From Candidatus Falkowbacteria bacterium (GTDB lineage: Bacteria; Patescibacteriota; Patescibacteriia; UBA11705; JABHMO01), in NCBI GenBank assembly GCA_018674305.1, contig JABHAL010000015.1:128532-192531 (forward strand): 64,000 bases of DNA. Reading direction: 5' to 3'. Every line of letters starts with the position of its first letter. The stretch's first letter is position 1. The notes under the pieces are model-generated. The model saw only the letters and a program-made list of their open reading frames with translations, was not told the DNA's origin and ran no database searches. The translations under genes were made by a program, and so were the position numbers. Positions 30,501 through 39,587 of the stretch are shown here, one piece after another.

Positions 30501-32110
30501 AATTCAGTGCAATCATCAATAATTTCAGTCGTTACATCACAACCATTTTTCCAAACTAGATTATCATTTTCGCAAGTCTGATAATCCTTGGTGGGCAAAC
30601 AGTCGTTAACACAATAACCGTCACTACAGACCTTGTTTGATCCACACTGATAAGTTTGCTTTTGTAAGCATCCGTCCTTGAGTAGACAAGTCCACTTTTG
30701 GGACGGGCTATTACAACCAACCTCATTCAGCTCGCAGATTTCATCGCAACAAGGCTCAAGACAGGAATCATTCTGACAACCACAGTCACACTCTATAACT
30801 TCAAGTGTCACAGGTGACCAGTCATCCTGACATGCACCATTCTGGCAAATCTCCTGCATCTGATTTTGAATAACATGCTCATCGCCTGATTTGCAGATTG
30901 AATAACTTGAACCATTCTGTGTTCCGTCACAAGGATCAATTTGATGGTGTGGCGAATTATTCGAATCATAGCACCAGATTCCACCCAAATGACATTTTTC
31001 ACTTGCACAACTGTTGTAACAATTAGTTTTGCAACTACCGTTTAGACAGCCACAATCACAATCAGTTTCAACAGCGTAATAGCAATCCTTGTCTTGCGGA
31101 GAGCAAAAACCGTTGCTTAAAACATTCCCGGCAGCATTACAAACATCAGGTTGTTCATCACAGTCTTCAATTATGCTAGTTTGGACATTGCAAGAATTTT
31201 TCCAAACTAATTTACCAGCCACACAAAATTTATTTGCTTGTACTGGCAAGCAGTCTGAAACACAATTACCCGCGTTACAAACCTTACCAACCCCACAATT
31301 AACATAATCTTTTTCGTAACAACCGTTTGTATTGTTAAAATCACAGGTCCACTTTTGAGTATTATTAGCGTTACAGCCTACTTGAGCGGAAGAGCAATTA
31401 CTCTGACAGGACTGGCATTTATCATTGTAACAATTACATGATTCATAATGCCATTCCAAACAAGTATCGCTGTCAAAATTGCCACAAGTTTTGAGCATAT
31501 TACTGCTCATACATTCCTTGTCGCCATAATCATCACACTCATCATCACAGAGCAACACACACTCACCATCGTCACATTCTGTGCCTAGTTCACAATTAGC
31601 CCAGTCTTTTTCATAGCAACCAGTATTGGAATTATAATCACAGTCCCACACTTTGCTACCAGAATTATTACAACCATCACTGCCTGACGAACATTCATCA
31701 TCACATTCAATACATTCACCGTTACTGCAACCATTATCGCAATAATCAATTACCTGCATACCTGAATAAACTGCCTCTTGTTTGCAAGTAGTATTACTAC
31801 AATACGGTTCATAATCATAGGAATCATACTGAAGCCAATTACCATCGCAATAGGCCTGAGAGTCATAGCCACCAAAGGCTGTACACTCTTCATCGACATG
31901 ATCCCATTCGTTATCAGAATTAATACACCAAATATCTCCATTCTTGCATTGTCGATCAACACAAGTATGAAAACATTTAAAATAACTACAATACCCAGAA
32001 CAGCAAGAACCACCAGTAGCACACCAGCCACCGTTACCTGTGCAAGCCTCAGCTTGATTAGCAAAGCCCAAACAAAACAACAAAACAATAGCAAAAATTG
32101 CATTTCTCAT
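27569..32110 (-). CDS. Giant secreted Cys-rich repeat protein (1513 aa) with central HExxH (HEYMH) motif and C-terminal TM anchor
   Basis: Signal peptide MRNAIFAIVLLFCLGFANQAEA; ~600 aa of CxC/CxxC-rich repeats (>150 Cys); VMHEYMHAK putative zinc-binding site; C-terminal GIVLFLLLGGILLGLRNRQRV hydrophobic anchor + basic tail. Confidence 0.6.
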   Translation of the reverse strand: MRNAIFAIVLLFCLGFANQAEACTGNGGWCATGGSCCSGYCSYFKCFHTCVDRQCKNGDIWCINSDNEWDHVDEECTAFGGYDSQAYCDGNWLQYDSYDYEPYCSNTTCKQEAVYSGMQVIDYCDNGCSNGECIECDDECSSGSDGCNNSGSKVWDCDYNSNTGCYEKDWANCELGTECDDGECVLLCDDECDDYGDKECMSSNMLKTCGNFDSDTCLEWHYESCNCYNDKCQSCQSNCSSAQVGCNANNTQKWTCDFNNTNGCYEKDYVNCGVGKVCNAGNCVSDCLPVQANKFCVAGKLVWKNSCNVQTSIIEDCDEQPDVCNAAGNVLSNGFCSPQDKDCYYAVETDCDCGCLNGSCKTNCYNSCASEKCHLGGIWCYDSNNSPHHQIDPCDGTQNGSSYSICKSGDEHVIQNQMQEICQNGACQDDWSPVTLEVIECDCGCQNDSCLEPCCDEICELNEVGCNSPSQKWTCLLKDGCLQKQTYQCGSNKVCSDGYCVNDCLPTKDYQTCENDNLVWKNGCDVTTEIIDDCTELPNVCSSNYSSVLSNGKCSSNDLDCYYLDADPCSCGCQAGECISPCCESNCEPNEKECFGFGYRECECDGQCCDWGDVNLCPEFYSCVFGDCVYNPSPCEIISAQWKHEDGSVATAVFEGDIALLEITFSAFCAENVPNYIEVEILLVDAEEELSQDFVLFEGDEFEFSWQAIHGGDSLELLVKTNIFLNDNDAYVIDLNVIPQEKIIEMMGMIDSIVNLTESPCLSPETDTSATCFEWWDENGLYVMDDVLDIGLFGLDWMMDNFDEILLYGSCYGASVFLIVAGIFEVATAPIGIALLGVCGETAGFILLEDTYPKLAYVVAILAFVDLGYNAIKGLVFLGKHGLRYIKYLTSGKTEKFVVFARSGKIHVKKIKDPLVLESVRGDAVALVKKYPFYNYKSLFSMKFSEVDRLVMREVISSGNLKKALEAIDGQAPSVKGFEALAVTADPLASLGEYNWFKKSEELFNGIDEAIPAAYNVDEFHEMIIFTVHEGRLKELLYGSADSAVPIATYLADVKAVLTSIVMHEYMHAKSKAILVYELGIPIAKEGAQAAILEVLADLWGGGHPTQNMFGVQGWKTKYRDSVKLVVRDSFDDLADINTQGLAQAMISKDTALLNEIKSSLGTSAFNAKTAEANLLIKDAKLVLQKMLDKVKDEDLMKMLGKHGLLPAGLIEYCLEMDCSVVFELGCFENDVWWISEDGEKVAIKQPCAQNEFCQDGECVEGEVPTGDPVVKGQNYYVVNMGFCDVKSEWLIYNAVPSQVVSCYVNFGLEGFEQVACSAGLIGNGALQLKATHIYDQPGTYQVTMNINIDNITTSTTKQVIITSCGNKPKAEGDLAIENLSINNAQEATHMVISFDLYGSDNVPESEQFSYIFGSLSVDTDINSNFMWVDDHYHVEAYVFLECGSTGKHEVKITVKNNDQTVTAKKEFSVSSDRNWCSSSDGCSTSQNGQATGIVLFLLLGGILLGLRNRQRV

Positions 32111-32275
32111 GATTCACCTCTTTTTTAGGTTTCAATTTGTGTTGTCAACGAACTTTCATTAACATTGTACACTATCACACTACAACAAAAAAATCAAGCT
32201 AAACAAAAAGTTGAGATTAATACTCTCAACTTTTGACTTTTGGCTAAAATTAAACCTTTTCAACTAATAATCTTA

Positions 32276-33679
32276 TCATTTACAATAGCCTTGAGTATAA
32301 GGCAATCCATAGCTTTGATGTAATTTAATATTTGCATGATCACGATTATCTAAATTCATATCCCACAAAGACAAAGCTTTTCTCACTGCACCTTTAGTAA
32401 TAACCACTGTTTTTACTTCACCTATGTCTGGTCTATTGTAATGATAACACCCCTCTAATCCAATAATTGAAGGATTTTCCACACAAGTATAAGAAAAGCA
32501 TCCTGAAACACCTTGATTATGATCTGGGCAATAAGTTATTAAGCCATAGTCTGGCTCAATGAGCGTGCCATCAGTCGGATTAAATACATGCCAGGCGCCA
32601 TCAAAATAGACGTTAGCAAAAACATGCCCGTTGGCAGGAACAGCAGAGCAACCATTTTCTAATTGATTATATAAATCTAATTCTATGGTGTCCACATAAA
32701 TAGCAGGATAGCCAAGTTCTCTAGCTAAGGCCACAAATCCAATTCCAAAATCCGTACAACCCTGCATATAATCACTATTAGAAATCATATTTTCGGCAGT
32801 TTTCACTCCTTTGTCAATTTCAAATACTTTTGGAGAAATATCATAAATCTCCTTTTCAAGATAGCTTGTAATTTTTTTCAAAACTGCAATCGGTTTATTC
32901 AGTTGGACATTATTTTTTATTTGATTCACTGCCTGCTCTATTGAATTCCCGTCATCGGTTTGCATATCATTATGAAGCCATTCTTCTATTTCCGGTGGAG
33001 CACATCTTTTTTCTGCCGGCAAACATAACGCTGAACTGCAATCATTATCCCCCTGACAATTTTTATTTATACCGCATTTTTTACCGAATTTTTCTAAACA
33101 TTTTCCACCGCAATCTATATCAGTTTCAAAAACTTCTTTCTGACCATTATTACAAAGTTCTATCATCTCAACACATAAACTTTCATAACATGAGCCGGAT
33201 TTGCAGTCCTTACCTTTTTGACAAACAGAACCGTTGGCTTTACCACATTCACCACCCACATCAGCTCCGGTTTCGTTCTGATTTTTTACATTATCAAAAC
33301 AAGTTGGTGGTAAACAGACTTTACCATTAACCTCTTCAAAAATTTCTTCCGAAGAACCGCATACTCCACTTAAACAATCAAATTTACTAACACAAGAAAT
33401 ACCAACTGGCGATTTTCCTTTATTCTTTCCAATAGATGACGATAAGCTTTTTACCCCTCCCAAAATATTGATTAATGAAGATTCTGGTTTAGTTACAACT
33501 TTCACGTCCACTACTGATTCTCTGGTTGATAATTCTTTTTTTTCAGCTTTTTGTTTTCTCATGTTCGTAGCAATTCCAGCTGCTGCAATGCCCCACATCC
33601 CCAATACTATAATTATAACTGCTACTTTTTGGTAGGTTTTTAACTGAGTTTTTTCCGCTGTCCTAGGTTTTGCTTGCAT
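32276..33679 (-). CDS. Membrane-anchored Cys-rich protein with C-terminal transglutaminase-like cysteine protease domain
   Basis: N-terminal TM; Cys-rich middle; catalytic-core-like QGCTDFGIGFVALARELGYPA (Cys), GHVFANVYF (His), NPTDG (Asp). Confidence 0.55.
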   Translation of the reverse strand: MQAKPRTAEKTQLKTYQKVAVIIIVLGMWGIAAAGIATNMRKQKAEKKELSTRESVVDVKVVTKPESSLINILGGVKSLSSSIGKNKGKSPVGISCVSKFDCLSGVCGSSEEIFEEVNGKVCLPPTCFDNVKNQNETGADVGGECGKANGSVCQKGKDCKSGSCYESLCVEMIELCNNGQKEVFETDIDCGGKCLEKFGKKCGINKNCQGDNDCSSALCLPAEKRCAPPEIEEWLHNDMQTDDGNSIEQAVNQIKNNVQLNKPIAVLKKITSYLEKEIYDISPKVFEIDKGVKTAENMISNSDYMQGCTDFGIGFVALARELGYPAIYVDTIELDLYNQLENGCSAVPANGHVFANVYFDGAWHVFNPTDGTLIEPDYGLITYCPDHNQGVSGCFSYTCVENPSIIGLEGCYHYNRPDIGEVKTVVITKGAVRKALSLWDMNLDNRDHANIKLHQSYGLPYTQGYCK

Positions 33680-33831
33680 AAAATAATATTGTTATTTTCA
33701 TACTAATCATAACTCAATATTAAAATATTTACAATTGACAACTCCTTCAATTTTAACTAAAATAGAATTGAATTGATCATTAATAATTTAATTTACCTCT
33801 CGACAAGCTCGAGACATATGAGGAGCCCCCA

Positions 33832-35257
33832 ATGTTCGAGATCATTAAAATAGATGGAAAGTTGTTCAGACACGAAGTATTATGCACGAAGGAATTTTTC
33901 CTACCAATGAAGAGAAAAAACCAAATTCATTGGGCAGCAATGAGTGAAGCTGAAATCATCTTGTATGCAAAAGCTTATTGTCAGCATCATGAAATCAAAA
34001 GACAGAGGCACCTTGCCAATGGAAAGAACAAACACGACGGGCTTTACAACATCCTTTATAAATCCAAATGGATGAGGCAAGTTTTCATCGTCGATGAAAC
34101 TAAACCTGTAAGACTGGGTGAGGATGATTTTATTATACCTTTGGATGGTGGCGGCAGGGTCAGCTGGAAAAGCATGTCGCGTCAGGAAAAAATTGATTAT
34201 ATAATTGCCTACTGCAAGGAGTTTAATATTACCAACTCCACACAACTCCAAAAAGGTCCTAACAAGAACCCCGGAATGCACAGTAGGTTACTTGACGATA
34301 AACTGATGACTGACATCTTCGACCGAGAAAGGCTTGAAACGTTGTGTGGAGAACCCTTTCTTATTCCTCTATGTGCAATTGACAAAGTTGCTTGGGAAAA
34401 AATGTCCGAAGACGAGATCATTGAATATGCAAAAGCTTATTGCAAACATCACAAGATCAAAGGCTCTGGGGCATTGTCAAATCACAAAACTAAGCGCAAC
34501 ACAGGCATGTACAAAGCACTCATGGACAGAACCTTGCTAGATCGAGTTTTCAGCCGACCAAAAACAAAATCCTATCCAGTCAACGGAACAACATATACTT
34601 TCCAAATTCGCAAAAACCGACAAATTGACTGGAAATTGGTAACTAAAAAGAGATTAGAAAAATTTGGTCGAGATTACTGCATCGAATACGGGATAAAAAC
34701 TCGCACTCAATTGAAAAACAAAAATGCGGGACTGTGCAACCAAAAGAGACGCCAAAGTGCTTGATCTGGTTTTGCCACAAAAATTCAGACCTTTCCCTAT
34801 TGGCCAAGAAACATTTCGTCTGCCTATGATTGGCAGCCGGATCGCCTGGAAACTTTGGACAAACCAAGAACTACTTACGTTTGCCAAAGCTTATATCATA
34901 GAACACAACATTGCGGACTCAGGAGACTTGGGATACGGAAATCATAGATTCTCTGAATTGTACAAGTGCCTGATTCGATGTGAACTCATGCATGATTTAT
35001 TTAATCTTGAAAGCGAAAGACCAGAAAAATGGCAGGAACAGGAATTTACACTTCCAATCCTCACTACCGGTGATGTAAATTGGGAAAAATTCGACAATAA
35101 AAAACTCGAAAATTATGCCAAAGCATATTGCGCGCACTTTGCGATTGTTTACCGAGAGCAACTCAAGAAAAAAAAACGAAGCACTTGTTGGGGTATTAGA
35201 AAGAAGAAAATTAATACACAAAATTTTTCCCAAAGAAACTACCGTCTTAGCCTTTGA
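33832..35257 (+). pseudogene. Tandem-repeat protein gene disrupted by at least one +1 frameshift (ORFs 33832..34764 and 34724..35257), with further decayed repeat remnants to ~35790
   Basis: ~45-aa repeat W..MSE.EII.YAKAYC.HH.I recurs six times across two overlapping frames; remnants GIRKIKPKQP / VKGIRRIERSI downstream in other frames. Confidence 0.5.
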
Positions 35258-36051
35258 AAGCCGTCATTTCAAATTCAAGGTAAGAAGAGCGAAAGTTCTC
35301 TGGCACTTAGCTAAAATTGAAACTCTGAATATTTACGCCGCGTGTTGGTGTATTGCAAATAAAAAAAACGTCAACGACCTACCAAAAGAAATAAAATAAC
35401 ATATTCAGATTGGCACTGTCGCAAGATTTACAAAACATCTACCGACACTGAATATCGAAATCGCTGGTGAACTGAGATGGAAATACGAGATATCCAGCAA
35501 CAACGATATTCCTGAAGAAATTCTTTGGGCCCTTGGTTACGAACGCTATAACAACACGGCGTTGAGAGCAAGAGGGATTAGAAAAATCAAGCCAAAACAG
35601 CCAGTAAAGGTTTCTTCAGTGAAAGAAGTCTTAGACGCTGGACAAATCCCAACGGTGGACGATTTCTGATACACCACCTAGCAATATGACAAGGGTTTTT
35701 AAAACTAAAGAAGACAAACGAATTCGAGTGAAAGGGATCCGTCGAATTGAGCGGTCCATTAGAACAACATAAAGACTACTAGTGAATCTACTGGTGGTCT
35801 TTTTTATTTTGATTAAAACATTAATTAAGAGTCTAAACTTATCCTTCGGAGAGTTACTTTTATAACCTGCCTCGACTGACGTCGGTCAAGGCGGCCGCCC
35901 CTCCAGCTCCCCCAGAAAGTAAGGGAATCCTTCCCTTACCATCCCTGGTTCGAGTCCTCCTACTTCGCACAAGAGTTTTTATTGGCTTGCCATGAACCCG
36001 AAGAATCATCTAAATAAAAACCACCCACCTTGTAAAAAGATGAGTGGTTCA

Positions 36052-36378
36052 TGGCTCTGCGAGTCGGACTCGAACCGACGACCTACTGGTTACACTTATC
36101 CAAGGATTTCTCCAGGGCGTGGACTATATCATCACCATAGCAAATGCTTTAGGCGCGAGGCGCTTCCACCTTGATGTAAAAATCAAAGTGTACTCCTAAA
36201 AAGGATAGTCTCTGAACCTTCCCCAACTAATGTTAGGGCTTGGCTGCGGATTAGCATATCACAATTGACTTAGCCTTCCCGACAATTCACCTCGTTATTC
36301 ACCCCAATGTTTCCAAAGGGGGCTGCGTTATATTTTTGTGTACACAGCCAGTTGCTCTACCAACTGAGCTATCGCAGA
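36052..36378 (-). tRNA. tRNA-Asn(GUU) (alternative reading Thr-UGU) interrupted in the anticodon loop by a 251-nt group I intron (36093..36343); exons 36344..36378 (nt 1-35) and 36052..36092 (nt 36-76 incl. CCA)
   Basis: Exons give a perfect cloverleaf: acceptor TCTGCGA/TCGCAGA, D-arm GCTC-AGTTGGTA-GAGC, anticodon stem ACTGG/CCAGT with loop CUGU|UAA, T-arm GTCGG-TTCGAGT-CCGAC, G73, CCA. Intron has Q AATCCGCAGC (exact), R GTTCAGAGACTA (exact), S ATGATATAGTCC, P AATTGTCGGGAA in canonical order. P1 pairs GGCUGU (exon) with GCAGCC (IGS) giving U.G at the splice site; omega-G precedes 3' exon. Confidence 0.8.
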
Positions 36379-36508
36379 ATAATGTTTTTACCAACTGCGT
36401 GTCCGCCGAAGCTTTAGCGTAGGCGGGAGCTATCGCAGAATAATTCTGTAGTAAAATACTATCATATTATTTCAAAATATACAAGAGCCAAATATCAACA
36501 AATATTCG

Positions 36509-36874
36509 CTACCGGTAACAACAGTCCGTACAGTTCGGACCAAAGAACAAACCCTCCGGAGTGAAGAATTCCTTTTTTTCTTCTTCTGTTCCTTTATAAT
36601 ATTTACCAAATAATATTTTGCAGATCGCTTTGCTTTTTACAATACAGGTATAGTCATAACCATCGGACCATCCTTTCACTTGTCTATCCATCACTCCACC
36701 ACCAAGCACACACAAGGGCTCTAAATAATTTTTTCCGAGAGTTACAAACTGCAAAGTCGGCGATCCAGAAACAATATCTCCGCCACCAAGTTCATTATAA
36801 AGCGGGAAATATAAAATAATTAAAACAGAAATTATTATTCCAATGATAATTAGATGGAGCTTTCTCTTTTCCAT
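36509..36874 (-). CDS. Small membrane-anchored hypothetical protein (121 aa)
   Basis: N-terminal TM; C-terminal Cys pairs. Confidence 0.4.
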   Translation of the reverse strand: MEKRKLHLIIIGIIISVLIILYFPLYNELGGGDIVSGSPTLQFVTLGKNYLEPLCVLGGGVMDRQVKGWSDGYDYTCIVKSKAICKILFGKYYKGTEEEKKEFFTPEGLFFGPNCTDCCYR

Positions 36875-36889
36875 AGATTTTATTTCTAT

Positions 36890-37702
36890 TTATTTTTCAA
36901 GTCCAATGAACGGGCTGGCCTGTCCCCAATAAGTTGGAACTTCACCATTCCATTTTTCAATCCAACGTAATTCCACAACTTTTGGATTAGATCTCAGCGC
37001 CTGAGCTTCAACATCAATAGCTGCAGCCTTTCCTTTTGCTTGGGCCACTTGTTGCTCAGCTTCAATCACAATTCTTTCCAAATCTCGATCTGCTTTTAAT
37101 TTCAACTGCTCAGCAGTAACCTTAGCTTCAATAGCCTCATTAAAAGCTGGTGAAAAACTAAAATCAATAATATTAAATTCATCAATAATAATTGACCGAG
37201 CTACAACTCTCTCTGCTAGATTCACTTTAATCTGATCTTTAACAGTTTCACGTTTAGTAATGAGTTCTTCCGCTGTGAACTTGGCAGTTACTGCCTTTAC
37301 TGCTTCCTGAATTGAAGGTGCAATAATACGAGAATTATAATTTTTTCCGACTTCCTGCCAAATCTTATTTACAGCCGCAGGATCTAAATGATAATTCAAA
37401 GCAATCTTAGAAGTAACAACCTGCAAATCTTTGGAAGATGCGCTAGCTGGAACTTCATCTTTTTGGATTTTAACATCCATAACCTCTACTTGTTGGATCA
37501 ATGGGATCTTGATGTAAAGGCCTTCGTCAAAAATCTTATCCTGAACTGCGCCAAACTGCAAAACTACGCCCCTCTGTCCAGCACCAATTGTACCAAAGCT
37601 TCCAAAAATTCCGACCAGGACAATGAAGCCTATTAATACATATACTGCAAACTTTCCTGCTTGTTTTAATTCTTTTACTTTCTTTGGTTCAATGATTTCC
37701 AT
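36890..37702 (-). CDS. SPFH/band-7 (prohibitin/HflC-like) membrane protein
   Basis: N-terminal TM + GQRGVVLQFGAV...IKIPLIQQV PHB-domain motifs, coiled-coil C-terminus. Confidence 0.75.
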   Translation of the reverse strand: MEIIEPKKVKELKQAGKFAVYVLIGFIVLVGIFGSFGTIGAGQRGVVLQFGAVQDKIFDEGLYIKIPLIQQVEVMDVKIQKDEVPASASSKDLQVVTSKIALNYHLDPAAVNKIWQEVGKNYNSRIIAPSIQEAVKAVTAKFTAEELITKRETVKDQIKVNLAERVVARSIIIDEFNIIDFSFSPAFNEAIEAKVTAEQLKLKADRDLERIVIEAEQQVAQAKGKAAAIDVEAQALRSNPKVVELRWIEKWNGEVPTYWGQASPFIGLEK

Positions 37703-37820
37703 AGAATTAGAGATTAAATATTAAGTAATTAGTTAATTATACTTTTATCCTAGCACCATTTGAGGGAAATTTCAAATAAAAAACACCCTTGAATAAGATC
37801 AAGAGTGTTTATTAACTCAC

Positions 37821-39446
37821 CTACTCATCACAAACTTCACCATTGTGATCAAGTTTAACAACAAACGCGTCAGCAAAACCGTTATTAGGATAAACATTGC
37901 CAGCCACTACAAAACCAAGAGTCTCAGTTTGCGCTACGGCCATGCCGTTTTCCATATCAGTTCCGCCAAATGTCTTTTGCCATTCAACTTCACCATCATT
38001 AAAAAGTTTTACCAGCCAGACGTCGGACATCCCGGCGCCCATGGACCAAGTATCACCCACAGCAATATAGCCAGTATCTTCAGTTTGCTGAATTGAATGA
38101 AACAAATCAATTTCACTGCCACCAAGGACTTGTTCCCAAAGCAGATCACCTTCATAGCTTAGCTTAAAAATCCAGCCTTGCCACTGCTCAGCAGGGTCGA
38201 GCTGAATTATTCCAGTAAACACTAAGCCCCCATCAAAAGACTGAATAACCTTGTGCACTTCGTTCTTAGTTCCCCCGGAAAATGATTTTTCCCAGACTAA
38301 TTCGCCAGAATTATCCAACTTTAACACTTTGGCAGTTTGTATATTTTCAATTATATCCTGAGTGTAGCCGGACAAAATAAATCCATCGGAAACAAGTCCG
38401 GGACCAAAGACCTGATCAATTGAGGTACCCCAATCTTCAGCTGATCCACCGTATTTTTTCTCCCACTCGAGCTCGCCAAACTGACTCAATCGCAAAACCC
38501 AAAAATCTTTTCCGCCTGCGCTATCCGTTGTGGAATAGCCAACTGCCGTAAACTTTCCATCATCCGTCTGCACTACATCATACACTCGATCATTACCGGC
38601 GCCACCAAATTTCTCGCTCCAAACTATTGAACCATTGTCAGGATCAAGCTGAAGGATCCAAGCATCAAACAGAACTGAATCGGGTTGTTGTGCATAGCCT
38701 GCAACAACATAACCACCACCAAAAACTTCTTTGACAGACTCAGCCCATTCCATACTACCTTCATCACCAGTAATCACGGTCCATAGAACTTCACCTAATT
38801 CATCTAGCTTAGCCACAAAGAAGTCATGTTCCAAAGTAGCGCCCGGTCCAACAAAGCCTACAGCAACACAACCACCATCTGCTGTCAGTGTTAAATCGCT
38901 GAAATAATCAGCTTCCATTGTGATAAAATCCGTTTGCCACAAGTCACAAGACTTATCTTGACAAATACCACTCTCATCACAAAACTGCCAAAGATCACAG
39001 TTTTCATCACAAAAATCATCCAAACATTCAATATTACAATGAAGCTTGCAAATGCCATCTTCGCAATATTTATCCGGATGACATTCTTGAATCTCAGTCC
39101 ATTGCCAACAGTCCGACGCCACCTCGAAGCAATATTGGTATTCTTGACCTGAAACACATTTTCGTTCATCAGGCGAACAATTGGATTCACAAGAAACTTC
39201 AGAGTTATCTATACTCAAATCTTCAACTTCAATTTCCGATTGCTCTTCCGAATCGATTTGACCACTGTCTTTTTTGTGAACATTCAAATCTTCATTCACA
39301 ATAAACTCTTGGAAATCGATATCCTGTTCAAGCTCAATATTTGAATCGCTAGGCAACTCCCCAACTACTATGTCTGAGAGAATCCCTGTTGTTGAAGCGC
39401 CACATGAGCAAAGAAACAATACAAGTAAAATGATGATTTTTTTCAT
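37821..39446 (-). CDS. Secreted lipoprotein-like protein: Cys-rich N-region + beta-propeller of SBBP-like repeats
   Basis: Signal MKKIIILLVLFLCSCGAS; 5+ repeats of G.L.WEK.FGG...D.....Q..DGG....G. Confidence 0.55.
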   Translation of the reverse strand: MKKIIILLVLFLCSCGASTTGILSDIVVGELPSDSNIELEQDIDFQEFIVNEDLNVHKKDSGQIDSEEQSEIEVEDLSIDNSEVSCESNCSPDERKCVSGQEYQYCFEVASDCWQWTEIQECHPDKYCEDGICKLHCNIECLDDFCDENCDLWQFCDESGICQDKSCDLWQTDFITMEADYFSDLTLTADGGCVAVGFVGPGATLEHDFFVAKLDELGEVLWTVITGDEGSMEWAESVKEVFGGGYVVAGYAQQPDSVLFDAWILQLDPDNGSIVWSEKFGGAGNDRVYDVVQTDDGKFTAVGYSTTDSAGGKDFWVLRLSQFGELEWEKKYGGSAEDWGTSIDQVFGPGLVSDGFILSGYTQDIIENIQTAKVLKLDNSGELVWEKSFSGGTKNEVHKVIQSFDGGLVFTGIIQLDPAEQWQGWIFKLSYEGDLLWEQVLGGSEIDLFHSIQQTEDTGYIAVGDTWSMGAGMSDVWLVKLFNDGEVEWQKTFGGTDMENGMAVAQTETLGFVVAGNVYPNNGFADAFVVKLDHNGEVCDE

Positions 39447-39587
39447 TGATTTCTCCTTGGTTTAATTTTCAATAAACTATTGACTGACTACCATCAATCA
39501 AACAAAACACTCTAACATTTTTGAATAAATATGTCAATTATTGAGACAAAAAATCCCCAAGTCCATTGGACCTGGGGATTGTGTTTT

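Noticed and set aside
27745-32128. Numerous 60-120-aa ORFs on both strands inside the giant gene
   Set aside because: All embedded in the 4.5-kb Cys-rich ORF; composition-driven
35955-35995. T-loop-like GGTTCGAGTCC motif on plus strand suggesting a tRNA
   Set aside because: Flanking 5-nt segments (CCTGG / CCTCC) cannot form a T-stem and no acceptor/anticodon arms can be built; treated as tRNA-like debris only
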